This document shows positions 10,568 to 19,179 of a stretch of 54,579 nt of DNA, piece by piece; position 1 is the stretch's first letter, and the number at the start of each line of letters is the position of its first letter. The stretch lies in assembly GCA_007134865.1 (NCBI GenBank), contig SLJW01000083.1:1-54579 (forward strand), written 5' to 3'. Origin of the DNA: Paracoccaceae bacterium. GTDB taxonomy: Bacteria > Pseudomonadota > Alphaproteobacteria > Rhodobacterales > Rhodobacteraceae. The translations under genes were made by a program, and so were the position numbers. Below the pieces are notes generated by a model. The model saw only the letters and a program-made list of their open reading frames with translations, was not told the origin of the DNA and made no database searches.

Positions 10568-11746
10568 ATGCGTTTTTTCTCAGTAGTGGTTACAGGTCTT
10601 TTCCTTGGGTTTGGCAGCGCGGCCAATGCCCAGAGTTGCGGCGGAAATTTCGGATCCTTCGTCGAGGGACTGAAATCCGAGGCCGTTCAACGTGGCTATG
10701 ACCGGGCGCTGGTCGATAATTTTTTCCGCGGCGTGCAGTTCAACCAGGCAGTGATCAATGCCGACCGGCGCCAAGGTATCTTTCAGCGCCCGTTTCTGGA
10801 TTTCTCGCGCGCGCTGATCTCGCAGAACCGGATGAACGCGGGTCGGGCCAATTACGAGCGCCATCGCGCCATCTTTGATCGGGCGCAGGCGCAATTCGGC
10901 GTGCAGCCCGGAATCCTCCTGGCCTTCTGGGCGTTCGAGACCGATTTCGGCGCCAATCAGGGTGATTTCAACACGGTCAACGCCTTGGTCACGCTGGCGC
11001 ATGACTGCCGGCGCCCGGAGCTCTTCCGCCCGCAGGTTTTTGCCGCGCTGGAAATGCACCGGCGCGGTGATCTCGATCCGCGCACCATGACCGGCGCCTG
11101 GGCGGGCGAGATCGGGATGGTGCAGAAATTGCCCTCCGACATCATCGCCCATGCGGTTGATGGTGATGGCAACGGGCGGATCGACCTGCAGCGTTCTGTC
11201 GCGGACTCGATCATGTCGGGCGCTTCAATGCTGCGCGCCAATGGCTGGCGACCCAACGAGCCCTGGATGCACGAGGTTGCCATACCACAGGGGTTGGACC
11301 TGACCCAGACGGGCATGCGCACCGAACTGACTGTCAGCCAGTGGCAGCAAATGGGTGTGCGGCCCACGCATGGCAACCTGCCCTCAGGCAACATGCGCGC
11401 CTCGATCATCCTGCCGCAGGGCCATCGCGGCCCGGCCTTCATGGTGTTTCACAATTACCGCGTGCTCTTCGAGTGGAACCAGAGCTTCATCTATGTGACC
11501 ACGGCAGCCTATTTCGGGACGCGCCTGATGGGCGCGCCGGTCTATCAGGCAGGCAACCCGGAGCCCGGGCTGAATCAGGACCAGATGCGTCAGTTGCAGC
11601 AGAGGCTTGTCCAGCGCGGGTATGATGTGGGCGGGATCGATGGAATCCTCGGCGCCAACACCCGCGCTGCCGTGCAGGACGTTCAAGCGCAACTCGGTAT
11701 GCCCGCTGATGGCTGGCCCACGCCTCAACTTCTGCGCAATCTCTGA
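10568..11746 (+). CDS. Lytic murein transglycosylase (MltB/SLT_2 family) with C-terminal peptidoglycan-binding domain
   Basis: Signal peptide; AFWAFETDFG with catalytic Glu; GAWAGEIG; EF-hand-like DGDGNGRIDL; C-terminal GYDVGGIDGILGANTR. Confidence 0.92.
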   Translation: MRFFSVVVTGLFLGFGSAANAQSCGGNFGSFVEGLKSEAVQRGYDRALVDNFFRGVQFNQAVINADRRQGIFQRPFLDFSRALISQNRMNAGRANYERHRAIFDRAQAQFGVQPGILLAFWAFETDFGANQGDFNTVNALVTLAHDCRRPELFRPQVFAALEMHRRGDLDPRTMTGAWAGEIGMVQKLPSDIIAHAVDGDGNGRIDLQRSVADSIMSGASMLRANGWRPNEPWMHEVAIPQGLDLTQTGMRTELTVSQWQQMGVRPTHGNLPSGNMRASIILPQGHRGPAFMVFHNYRVLFEWNQSFIYVTTAAYFGTRLMGAPVYQAGNPEPGLNQDQMRQLQQRLVQRGYDVGGIDGILGANTRAAVQDVQAQLGMPADGWPTPQLLRNL

Positions 11747-11861
11747 ACGCGGCGCGTCCTCGCCCGAAAAGCTTTTTCTTGGCTCACAGCCCATTTTCTT
11801 CCAAGCTCCGAAGTGGCGTGTGTGCGCCGAATTGGATCACGATTTAAACTGGGAGAATCTG

Positions 11862-12203
11862 ATGGGACGTAGGGATGAATTGATTGAACGCTATGCACGG
11901 GACCTGCGCGAGAAATGCGGGGTCGAGCCGGATATGGAGTTGTTGCGCAAGGTCACGATCGGCTGCGGCCCGTCAATTTATGACGCAGATGCCGCGACAG
12001 TTGCCATGACCCAGCAGCATGAGCTCGACACTGTGCGCCGCAATTTCCTGATGAAGAAGCTGGGCCTACCAGACGGGCAGGAACTACGCGACGCGATTGA
12101 TGCGGTGATGGAGCAATACGGACGCTCGGAGCGTAACAAGTACCGCGCGGTGGTGTATTATCTTCTCACGCGTCATTTCGGCAAGGAGAGCGTTTACGCG
12201 TGA
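11862..12203 (+). CDS. DUF2853 family protein
   Basis: KVTIGCGPSIY, VRRNFLMKKLGL, RNKYRAVVYYLL...FGKESVY; GGGAG RBS before ATG 11862. Confidence 0.85.
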   Translation: MGRRDELIERYARDLREKCGVEPDMELLRKVTIGCGPSIYDADAATVAMTQQHELDTVRRNFLMKKLGLPDGQELRDAIDAVMEQYGRSERNKYRAVVYYLLTRHFGKESVYA

Positions 12204-12332
12204 CGGTGGCGCATTGATAAAATGCCACGGGCTTTTGGCTTGATCTGGCACCTCGGCTCTGTGAAGCTTCTGTTACCTGGTTAGTACGACCGGAGTCTTT
12301 GCTTCCCGTGACGTGAAGGGCACGTGGGTGAG

Positions 12333-12358
12333 TGGGGTTCCGGTGCACCGGAACCCCA
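12333..12358. repeat. Perfect 26-bp palindrome (hairpin / possible terminator)
   Basis: TGGGGTTCCGGTGCACCGGAACCCCA followed by a pyrimidine-rich tract. Confidence 0.8.
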
Positions 12359-12504
12359 ATACTCTTTCTTCTGCAACCCTGTCCAATGGAAGCCGAGCAG
12401 GTTGCATCGCGATTTGCTGCTTCGTCACATCGAGGCCATTCTGCTGCCGAATTCCCATGGCAATCATGCTTTGGGCATAGCACGCCCCTGTCAGAAATGG
12501 CGGG

Positions 12505-12532
12505 TTGAAACTTGGCGGTCCAGCCCACAGAT
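12505..12532 (+). promoter_or_regulatory. Putative RpoH (sigma32) promoter of lon
   Basis: TTGAAA-N13-CCCACAGAT resembles the sigma32 consensus TTGAAA-N13/14-CCCCATNT; lon is a classical heat-shock gene. Confidence 0.5.
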
Positions 12533-12570
12533 TAACGGCAACCCGAGTTTGTGACCCAAGGACAAGTATA

Positions 12571-14976
12571 ATGACCGATGCCAACCGCCACCCTGTATTG
12601 CCACTTCGCGACATGGTGGTCTTCCCGCACATGATAGTACCGCTCTTTGTCGGGCGCGAAAAATCCGTGCGTGCGCTCGAGGCTGTAATGGCGGAAGACA
12701 GGCAAATCCTGCTTGTCTCGCAGAAGGACCATGCGCAGGAAGACCCAGGCGTCGAGGATATCTTCCGTGTTGGCGTGCTGGCCAATGTGCTGCAATTGTT
12801 GAAACTACCTGATGGCACAGTCAAGGTGCTGATCGAAGGGCGCACGCGCGTCCAGATCGACGGCTTTACCGACAATGATCAGTATTTTGAAGCACTTGCC
12901 TCGGCTCTGCCAGAAGAAGAGGGTGACGCCGCGGCTGTTCAGGCGTTGATGCGCTCGGTACAGAACGAGTTCGAGCGTTACGCCAAGATCCGCAAGAACA
13001 TTCCCGACGAAGCGCTTACGGCGATTGTCGAGGCGCGCGAAGCAACTGTTCTGGCCGATCTGGCCGCCGGGCATCTCGGCGCGGATGTGACGCAGAAGCA
13101 AAAGCTGCTCGAGACCGATGACACGGCCAAGCGGCTGGAAGAGATTTATAGCTTGATGCAGGGCGAATTGTCGGTCCTGCAGGTCGAGCGCAAGATCAAG
13201 AGCCGCGTCAAGAGCCAGATGGAGCGGACCCAGCGCGAGTATTACCTGAATGAGCAAATGAAAGCCATTCAGAAGGAACTGGGCGATGGCGAGGACGGTC
13301 AAAACGAAATCAAGGAGCTTGAGGACCGTATCAACGCCACCAAGCTGAGCAAGGAAGCACGCGAAAAGGCCGAAGGCGAGTTGAAGAAGCTCAAGTCCAT
13401 GTCACCCATGTCGGCCGAGGCGACTGTGGTGCGCAACTATCTCGACTGGATGCTCTCGATCCCTTGGGGCGTGAAAAGCCGCGTCAAGAAGAACCTTGGC
13501 CGCGCACAGGAAATCCTCGATGCCGATCATTACAGCCTCGACAAGGTCAAGGAACGCATCGTCGAATATCTCGCCGTGCAGGCACGCTCGGCGAAACTGA
13601 AGGGCCCGATCATGTGCCTTGTCGGCCCCCCGGGCGTGGGCAAGACATCGCTGGGTCGGTCGGTCGCCAAGGCCACGGGGCGCGAGTTCATTCGCATAAG
13701 CCTGGGCGGGGTGCGCGATGAGAGCGAGATCCGCGGTCACCGTCGCACTTATATCGGCTCGATGCCCGGCAAGATCATTCAGGCGATGAAGAAGGCCAAG
13801 ACCACCAACCCGCTGATCCTGCTCGATGAAATCGACAAGATGGGGCAGGATTTCCGCGGCGATCCCGCTTCGGCCATGCTGGAGGTTCTGGACCCGGAAC
13901 AGAACGCCACCTTCACCGACCACTACCTTGAAGTCGAATACGACCTGTCGAATGTGATGTTCCTGACCACAGCCAACAGCTACAACATGCCGGGGCCGCT
14001 TCTCGACCGGATGGAGATCATCCCGCTTTCGGGCTATACCGAGGACGAGAAACTGGAAATCGCGCGCCGCCACCTGCTGCCGAAATCGGTCAAGAATCAC
14101 GGGTTGCGTCGGGGTGAGATGACCCTCTCGGACGGGGCGATTACCGAAATCCTGCGCCGCTACACCCGCGAGGCAGGCGTGCGCAATCTGGAGCGCGAGT
14201 TGAACAAGATCGCGCGCAAGGCCGTGACGAAGATCGTCAAGAAAGAGACCGAGAAGGTCATCGTGGCGCGCGACAATCTGGCCGATTTTCTTGGTGTGCC
14301 GCGGTTCAAATTCGGTCTTGCCGAGAAGGAAGATCAGATCGGTGTGGTCACGGGTCTGGCCTGGACGCAGGTGGGCGGCGATCTGTTGCAGATCGAGGCG
14401 CTTAAACTGCCGGGCAAGGGCAGGATGAAAACCACGGGCAAGCTCGGCGATGTGATGAAGGAATCGATCGATGCGGCGAGTTCCTTTGTGCGCTCCATCG
14501 CGCCACGGATCGGCGTCACGCCACCACGTTTCGACATGTTCGATATCCACGTCCATGTGCCCGAAGGCGCGACCCCAAAGGACGGGCCAAGTGCCGGTAC
14601 GGCAATGGTGACATCCATTGTGTCGGTGCTGACGCAGATTCCAGTTCGCAAGGATATCGCGATGACCGGTGAGGTGACCTTGCGCGGCAATGTGCTGGCC
14701 ATTGGTGGGTTGAAGGAGAAGCTTCTCGCCGCGCTACGTGGCGGAATCACGACCGTGCTGATCCCGGAAGAGAACGCCAAGGACCTGCCAGAGATTCCGG
14801 ACAATGTGAAAGATGGGCTGACCATCATCCCGGTCAGCCATGTGCGAGACGTGCTGAAGCACGCATTGGTGCGCGAACCCACACCGGTGGAATGGGACGA
14901 GGCCGCTGACGAGGCATCTCGCCTGGCGCGGCTCACCGCCCAGCCAGAGGGTGAGACACCCCGCGCTGCGCATTGA
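12571..14976 (+). CDS. lon: ATP-dependent protease La
   Basis: PVLPLRDMVVFP, Walker A GPPGVGKTS, HRRTYIGSMPG, catalytic PKDGPSAG, IGGLKEK. Confidence 0.98.
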   Translation: MTDANRHPVLPLRDMVVFPHMIVPLFVGREKSVRALEAVMAEDRQILLVSQKDHAQEDPGVEDIFRVGVLANVLQLLKLPDGTVKVLIEGRTRVQIDGFTDNDQYFEALASALPEEEGDAAAVQALMRSVQNEFERYAKIRKNIPDEALTAIVEAREATVLADLAAGHLGADVTQKQKLLETDDTAKRLEEIYSLMQGELSVLQVERKIKSRVKSQMERTQREYYLNEQMKAIQKELGDGEDGQNEIKELEDRINATKLSKEAREKAEGELKKLKSMSPMSAEATVVRNYLDWMLSIPWGVKSRVKKNLGRAQEILDADHYSLDKVKERIVEYLAVQARSAKLKGPIMCLVGPPGVGKTSLGRSVAKATGREFIRISLGGVRDESEIRGHRRTYIGSMPGKIIQAMKKAKTTNPLILLDEIDKMGQDFRGDPASAMLEVLDPEQNATFTDHYLEVEYDLSNVMFLTTANSYNMPGPLLDRMEIIPLSGYTEDEKLEIARRHLLPKSVKNHGLRRGEMTLSDGAITEILRRYTREAGVRNLERELNKIARKAVTKIVKKETEKVIVARDNLADFLGVPRFKFGLAEKEDQIGVVTGLAWTQVGGDLLQIEALKLPGKGRMKTTGKLGDVMKESIDAASSFVRSIAPRIGVTPPRFDMFDIHVHVPEGATPKDGPSAGTAMVTSIVSVLTQIPVRKDIAMTGEVTLRGNVLAIGGLKEKLLAALRGGITTVLIPEENAKDLPEIPDNVKDGLTIIPVSHVRDVLKHALVREPTPVEWDEAADEASRLARLTAQPEGETPRAAH

Positions 14977-14988
14977 AGATCGCTATGA

Positions 14989-15012
14989 CAGGCCCGCCGC
15001 AAGGCGGGCCTG
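14989..15012 (+). terminator. Hairpin after lon
   Basis: CAGGCCCGCC-GCAA-GGCGGGCCTG, 10-bp stem with GNRA loop; no U-tract. Confidence 0.55.
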
Positions 15013-15076
15013 CCTCCAAACGGCCTGCAACTGGGACTTGCGTGCGCGCAAGGCACGGGCTAAAGAGCCGCTCTAG

Positions 15077-15151
15077 GGGCGATTAGCTCAGTGGTAGAGC
15101 GCTTCGTTCACATCGAAGATGTCGGGGGTTCAAATCCCTCATCGCCCACCA
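15077..15151 (+). tRNA. tRNA-Val(CAC)
   Basis: Acceptor stem GGGCGAT/ATCGCCC with ACCA end; D-arm TAGCTCAGTGGTAGAGC; anticodon arm CTTCG-TTCACAT-CGAAG; T-loop TTCAAAT. Confidence 0.96.
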
Positions 15152-15279
15152 TCAAAACCTCGTGCAACCATTCTGTATGCCCGGGCACCCTGGCCCCATG
15201 CCGCGCAAGATGACGGCTCTTTACTTCGCCCCGAATCCGCTGCCTCATGCTCACTGCATGCAGAAGGACCCCCGCTGCC

Positions 15280-15966
15280 ATGGGCAAGCCACCACACATC
15301 CCCGCCGACCCATCAGGCCCAAAAAACGCGCCATCTCGGCTGCAAGGCCAACCGTCTTCAGCCCATCTTTTGGGCGTGATCCTCGCCGGGGGGGAGGCGA
15401 CGCGTATGGGCGGTGGCGACAAAGGCCTGCGCCTTGTCGCTGGCAGGCCGCTGCTTGCGCATGTCATCGAGCGGCTGGCGCCACAGGTCAGTGATATCAT
15501 TCTGAATGCCAATGGCGCGCCGGGGCGTTTCGCCGGTTTCGGTTTGCCCGTAGTCCCCGACACGCTGCCCGGCAGGCATGGGCCTCTGGCGGGCGTGCTT
15601 GCCGGAATGGACCGGGCGGCGGCGCAAGGTACAGACGCAATTGTCACTGTCGCAGCCGATACGCCATTCTTCCCGCATGATCTGGTCACGCGCCTTTTCG
15701 AAGCGGCCGCGCCTTCGGGCCTTGCGCTTGCTGCGACGCGGGCCGAGGGTCGGCTCTGGCATCATCCGACCTTTGGCCTCTGGCCAGTGAGCCTACGCGA
15801 GGATCTGCGCCTTGCGTTAGGACAGGGCCAGCGCAAGACGATTCTCTGGGCTGAGCGACACGGGGCCAGAACAGCGGAGTTCAGCACCACCCCCTTCGAT
15901 CCGTTCTTTAACATCAACACGCCCGAGGATCTGCAAATGGCCGAGACATTTGTGGGGCAGGCATGA
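15280..15966 (+). CDS. mobA: Molybdenum cofactor guanylyltransferase (start uncertain)
   Basis: GVILAGGEATRMGGGDKG, GPLAGVLAG, ADTPFFP, FFNINTPEDL. Confidence 0.93.
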   Translation: MGKPPHIPADPSGPKNAPSRLQGQPSSAHLLGVILAGGEATRMGGGDKGLRLVAGRPLLAHVIERLAPQVSDIILNANGAPGRFAGFGLPVVPDTLPGRHGPLAGVLAGMDRAAAQGTDAIVTVAADTPFFPHDLVTRLFEAAAPSGLALAATRAEGRLWHHPTFGLWPVSLREDLRLALGQGQRKTILWAERHGARTAEFSTTPFDPFFNINTPEDLQMAETFVGQA

Positions 15967-16853
15967 CGCAGGCGCACATCGCAGACGACAGGATGAGCCA
16001 GTTCGATCACGTTCTGGTGCTGGACTGGTCAGCCAACTCCACACCCAAACGAGGGGCAGATTCGATCTGGATCGGCAGCGCGGGCAAAGCCCGCACTGCC
16101 CCCGAAAATCTGCCCACGCGTCACAGCGCCATGGCAGCGCTGCGCAGGCGCATTGACGCCGCACTTGCGGCACGTGAGCGCGTGCTGATCGCACTCGATA
16201 TCGGGTTTGGCTATCCGCGCGGCTTTGCCGCGCGGCTCACAGGTCGCCCAGAAGCCCTGGCGGTCTGGGACTGGCTCGCGGCGCGCATCACCGATGACAT
16301 GCATAATCGCAACAACCGGTTCGAGATCGCCGCCGAGATCAACCGACGGTTTCCTGGCACGGGCCCGTTCTGGGGTCGGCCGTCGAAGCGCGACCTGCCC
16401 GATCTGCCGGAGAAGGGCAGTGCACGGCAGGGCACAGGACTGGCGGAATTGCGTGAAACCGAACTGCTCTGTTCGGGCGCACATCCGATGTGGAAGCTCT
16501 ACACCACAGGCTCGGTTGGCTCGCAGAGCCTGCTCGGACAAGCGCATCTTGCACGGTTGCGCTCTGACTATGGCGCGCAGCTTGCTGTCTGGCCGATGGA
16601 GGGGCATGACGCTCCGGTCATACTGGCCGAGACATATCTGTCACTGCTCGACCCGGCTGTGAAGGTGGCCAGCGGCTATCCCTGCAAGGATGCAGCGCAA
16701 GTCGATCTGCTGGCCCGCGCGCTGCATGTCACGGCGCTTGCCCCTCTGCTCGCACCTGGTGCCCCGGCAGAGCTGCTGCGCGAGGAGGGATGGATCCTTG
16801 GTGCCGGACATGAAGCCGTGTTGCTGGCGGCGCTGGACGCTGCAAACCTCTGA
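15963..16853 (+). CDS. Uncharacterised Moco-locus protein, probable RNase H-like / DUF429-related fold
   Basis: ATGA overlap with mobA; acidic motifs VLDWSA, ALDIGFGYP, RETE, LAETY, KDAAQV, EEGWILG. Fold assignment is from recall and unverified. Confidence 0.6.
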   Translation: MTQAHIADDRMSQFDHVLVLDWSANSTPKRGADSIWIGSAGKARTAPENLPTRHSAMAALRRRIDAALAARERVLIALDIGFGYPRGFAARLTGRPEALAVWDWLAARITDDMHNRNNRFEIAAEINRRFPGTGPFWGRPSKRDLPDLPEKGSARQGTGLAELRETELLCSGAHPMWKLYTTGSVGSQSLLGQAHLARLRSDYGAQLAVWPMEGHDAPVILAETYLSLLDPAVKVASGYPCKDAAQVDLLARALHVTALAPLLAPGAPAELLREEGWILGAGHEAVLLAALDAANL

Positions 16854-16990
16854 CGACCTGTTTCCCCCATGGCACAAAACCTTGGCGCGCCCGACCATTG
16901 TCCTGCAATTGTCCCGGCGCGACCCCATTCTTGCCCGAATTAGCGCCGATAGTAATCGACAACAGATTATTGTGCGCGCGGGATGTATTT

Positions 16991-17896
16991 ATGGATCGTC
17001 TGACCGAGATGGAAGCTTTTGCCACCGTTGTGGATCAGGGCGGGTTCACAGATGCCGCCAGAAAAATGGGGATGTCCAAATCCGCCGTCTCGAAGCACGT
17101 TTCCTCGCTCGAAGCCCGCCTCGGCGCGCGCCTCCTGAACCGTACCACGCGGCGCGTCAGCCCTACCGATATCGGGCTTGCCTACTACGACCGCGCGCGC
17201 CGCGTCCTGAATGACGCCGGAGAAGCGGATAATCTGGTCACGGCCATGCAATCAGCCCCCACAGGTATATTGCGGATCGCTGTGCCCACGGATTTCGGCG
17301 CCACACATCTGTCACCTGTTCTGGGGGAGTTCCTGAACCGCTACCCCGAGGTCTCGGTCAACATGGTGCTCAAGAATCGCTATGTCGAATTGATCTCGGA
17401 AGGCTTCGATCTGGCGATCCGCATGGGCGATATGGAAGATTCAACGCTGCGCGCCCGCAAGATATGCGAGGCGACCCAGCGCCTGATCGCCTCACCCGCC
17501 TATTTGACCGAACATGGAACGCCCGCGCGGATCGATGATCTGAACGATCATCGTCTGCTCTACTATTCCCACAATGCCAGCACGTCTGTCTGGAAAATCA
17601 CCGCACCCTCTGGCGAACAGCGTCAGGTCCGTTCGTCGAGCTGGTTCTCGGTGAATGACGGCCAGTCGCTGCTCAATGCTGCAATCAACGGGCTTGGCAT
17701 CGCTTATCTACCGAGCTTTCTCTATGCTGGAGCGATGAGGTCGGGACAGGTCGTGGATGTGATCCCGGACCTGCCGCAGGACGTCCAGAGCCTCCACGCG
17801 GTTTATCCCGCCGGGCGCTACACCCAACCCAAGGTCCGCGCGCTGATCGATTTTCTGGTCGAGAAATTCAGTCACCGGAGCGCCGCGGATTGGTAG
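16991..17896 (+). CDS. LysR family transcriptional regulator (CrgA-like)
   Basis: MDRLTEMEAF..GGFTDAAR..SAVSKHVSSLEARLGARLLNRTTR; EGFDLAIR; PKVRALIDFL. Confidence 0.95.
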   Translation: MDRLTEMEAFATVVDQGGFTDAARKMGMSKSAVSKHVSSLEARLGARLLNRTTRRVSPTDIGLAYYDRARRVLNDAGEADNLVTAMQSAPTGILRIAVPTDFGATHLSPVLGEFLNRYPEVSVNMVLKNRYVELISEGFDLAIRMGDMEDSTLRARKICEATQRLIASPAYLTEHGTPARIDDLNDHRLLYYSHNASTSVWKITAPSGEQRQVRSSSWFSVNDGQSLLNAAINGLGIAYLPSFLYAGAMRSGQVVDVIPDLPQDVQSLHAVYPAGRYTQPKVRALIDFLVEKFSHRSAADW

Positions 17897-17948
17897 CGAC
17901 GCAAGGACTTCGCACGACGGCACAAATGCCGTAGTTCCGCCCGACAGA

Positions 17949-17978
17949 CCGGAGCACGATGTGCTCCGGCCTTTTCTT
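17949..17978 (+). terminator. Intrinsic terminator between convergent lysR and rlmH
   Basis: CCGGAGCAC-GAT-GTGCTCCGG followed by CCTTTTCTT. Confidence 0.65.
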
Positions 17979-17983
17979 GCTGT

Positions 17984-18454
17984 TCATGCCCGGTGATAGG
18001 GGCTGCCAGCCATGATCGTAGCCGCGCGGTAGAGCTGCTCGGCCAGCATGACGCGCACCAGCCGGTGCGGCCAGACCATCGGCCCAAGTGAGAGCAACTG
18101 ATCGGCGCGGCCCGTCACCTCGGCGCTGAGGCCGTCCGCACCACCGATGAGACAGGCCATGTCTCGCAGACCACGATCACGCATCTGCAAGAGAAAATGT
18201 GCAAATTCGGGTGAGGACATCTGCCGTCCCCGTTCATCAAGCGCAAGCAAGGATGCACCTTCCGGCACCGCGCGCAGGAGCGCTTGCCCCTCTGAGGCCT
18301 GCGAGTCGGCCTTCCGCTCGTCGATTTCATGCTCACGGATCGCGCCCAGCCCATGTGTGCGCCCGGTCTTTTCGAAACGGGACAGATAATCGTCGATCAG
18401 CGCGCGCTCGGGCACTGAGCGAATACGCCCGACCGCGCAGATATGCAGCCGCAT
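17984..18454 (-). CDS. rlmH: 23S rRNA (pseudouridine1915-N3)-methyltransferase
   Basis: MRLHICAVGR, LDERG..SSPEFA, IGGADGL, EQLYRA..PYHR; TGATG overlap with rsfS. Confidence 0.96.
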   Translation of the reverse strand: MRLHICAVGRIRSVPERALIDDYLSRFEKTGRTHGLGAIREHEIDERKADSQASEGQALLRAVPEGASLLALDERGRQMSSPEFAHFLLQMRDRGLRDMACLIGGADGLSAEVTGRADQLLSLGPMVWPHRLVRVMLAEQLYRAATIMAGSPYHRA

Positions 18455-18855
18455 CAGGCGACAGGGGCGCGCGACGGCTCCTGCCACATCTTCTCGAGTT
18501 GATAGAACTCGCGCACTTCAGGCCGGAAGATATGCACCACGACATCGCCCGTGTCGATCAGTACCCAGTCGCCGACGTCCTTGCCCTCAGCGCGCGCGCT
18601 GAGGCGGAAGGTCTCTTTCAGCCGGTCGAGCAGTTTCTGGGCAATGGCCGAGACTTGGCGGGTCGAGCGCCCCGAGCAAATGACCATGTGATCGGCCATG
18701 GCCGATTTGGAACGCAGGTCTATGGTCACGATGTCTTCCGCCTTGTCGTCGTCAAGCGAGGTCAAAACCAGATCCAGAATGGCTTCACTGCTGAGCGGAA
18801 CGGCAGCTTCTGGTTCTGGGCGGGCCGCGAATGCGGTCGTGTCAGTGTAAGACAG
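18454..18855 (-). CDS. rsfS: Ribosome silencing factor RsfS (probable CTG start at 18855)
   Basis: LDDDKAEDIV, ADHMVICSGRSTRQV, DWVLIDTGDVVVHIF, REFYQLEKMW; AGGAGG 8 nt before an in-frame CTG. Confidence 0.93.
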   Translation of the reverse strand: MSYTDTTAFAARPEPEAAVPLSSEAILDLVLTSLDDDKAEDIVTIDLRSKSAMADHMVICSGRSTRQVSAIAQKLLDRLKETFRLSARAEGKDVGDWVLIDTGDVVVHIFRPEVREFYQLEKMWQEPSRAPVA

Positions 18856-19019
18856 AGACCTGTCCTCCTTTTGCTTGGTGACTTTGATAATATAACATGT
18901 TTTCCGTGCTTCTCAATCTGAGCGGTGCGGATTCTACGCCATGTGGTGAAAAACCGCGCAACCATGCCGCGCAGGATCCGGCGTTGCCTTGCACTCGATT
19001 CGCTCCTATTACATCCTGT

Positions 19020-19109
19020 ATGAAACGGTTTTTCGACATGACGGATCACGCACGCCTGCCGCAGCGGTTTCAGCGCGTGAACCGGTCCGTGCTGGCGCGA
19101 CTGCGCTGA
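19020..19109 (+). CDS. Candidate leader peptide upstream of leuC ([29 protein letters not shown]; alternative start at 19038)
   Basis: 29-codon ORF ending 70 nt before leuC and followed by a GC hairpin at 19118-19140. Confidence 0.45.
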   Translation: MKRFFDMTDHARLPQRFQRVNRSVLARLR

Positions 19110-19179
19110 GCGCATTTTGGCTGGCGCACAGCGCCCGCCACCCTTCCTGTCAGGTTCACCTCCACTCGGGGATTATCTC

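Noticed and set aside
11101-11140. QKLP instead of the usual Q-hydrophobic-x-P in the MltB motif
   Set aside because: Single-residue variation with the catalytic Glu intact; significance cannot be judged without an alignment.
15077-15280. tRNA-Val as an island integration site
   Set aside because: No integrase or att duplication seen; downstream genes look native.
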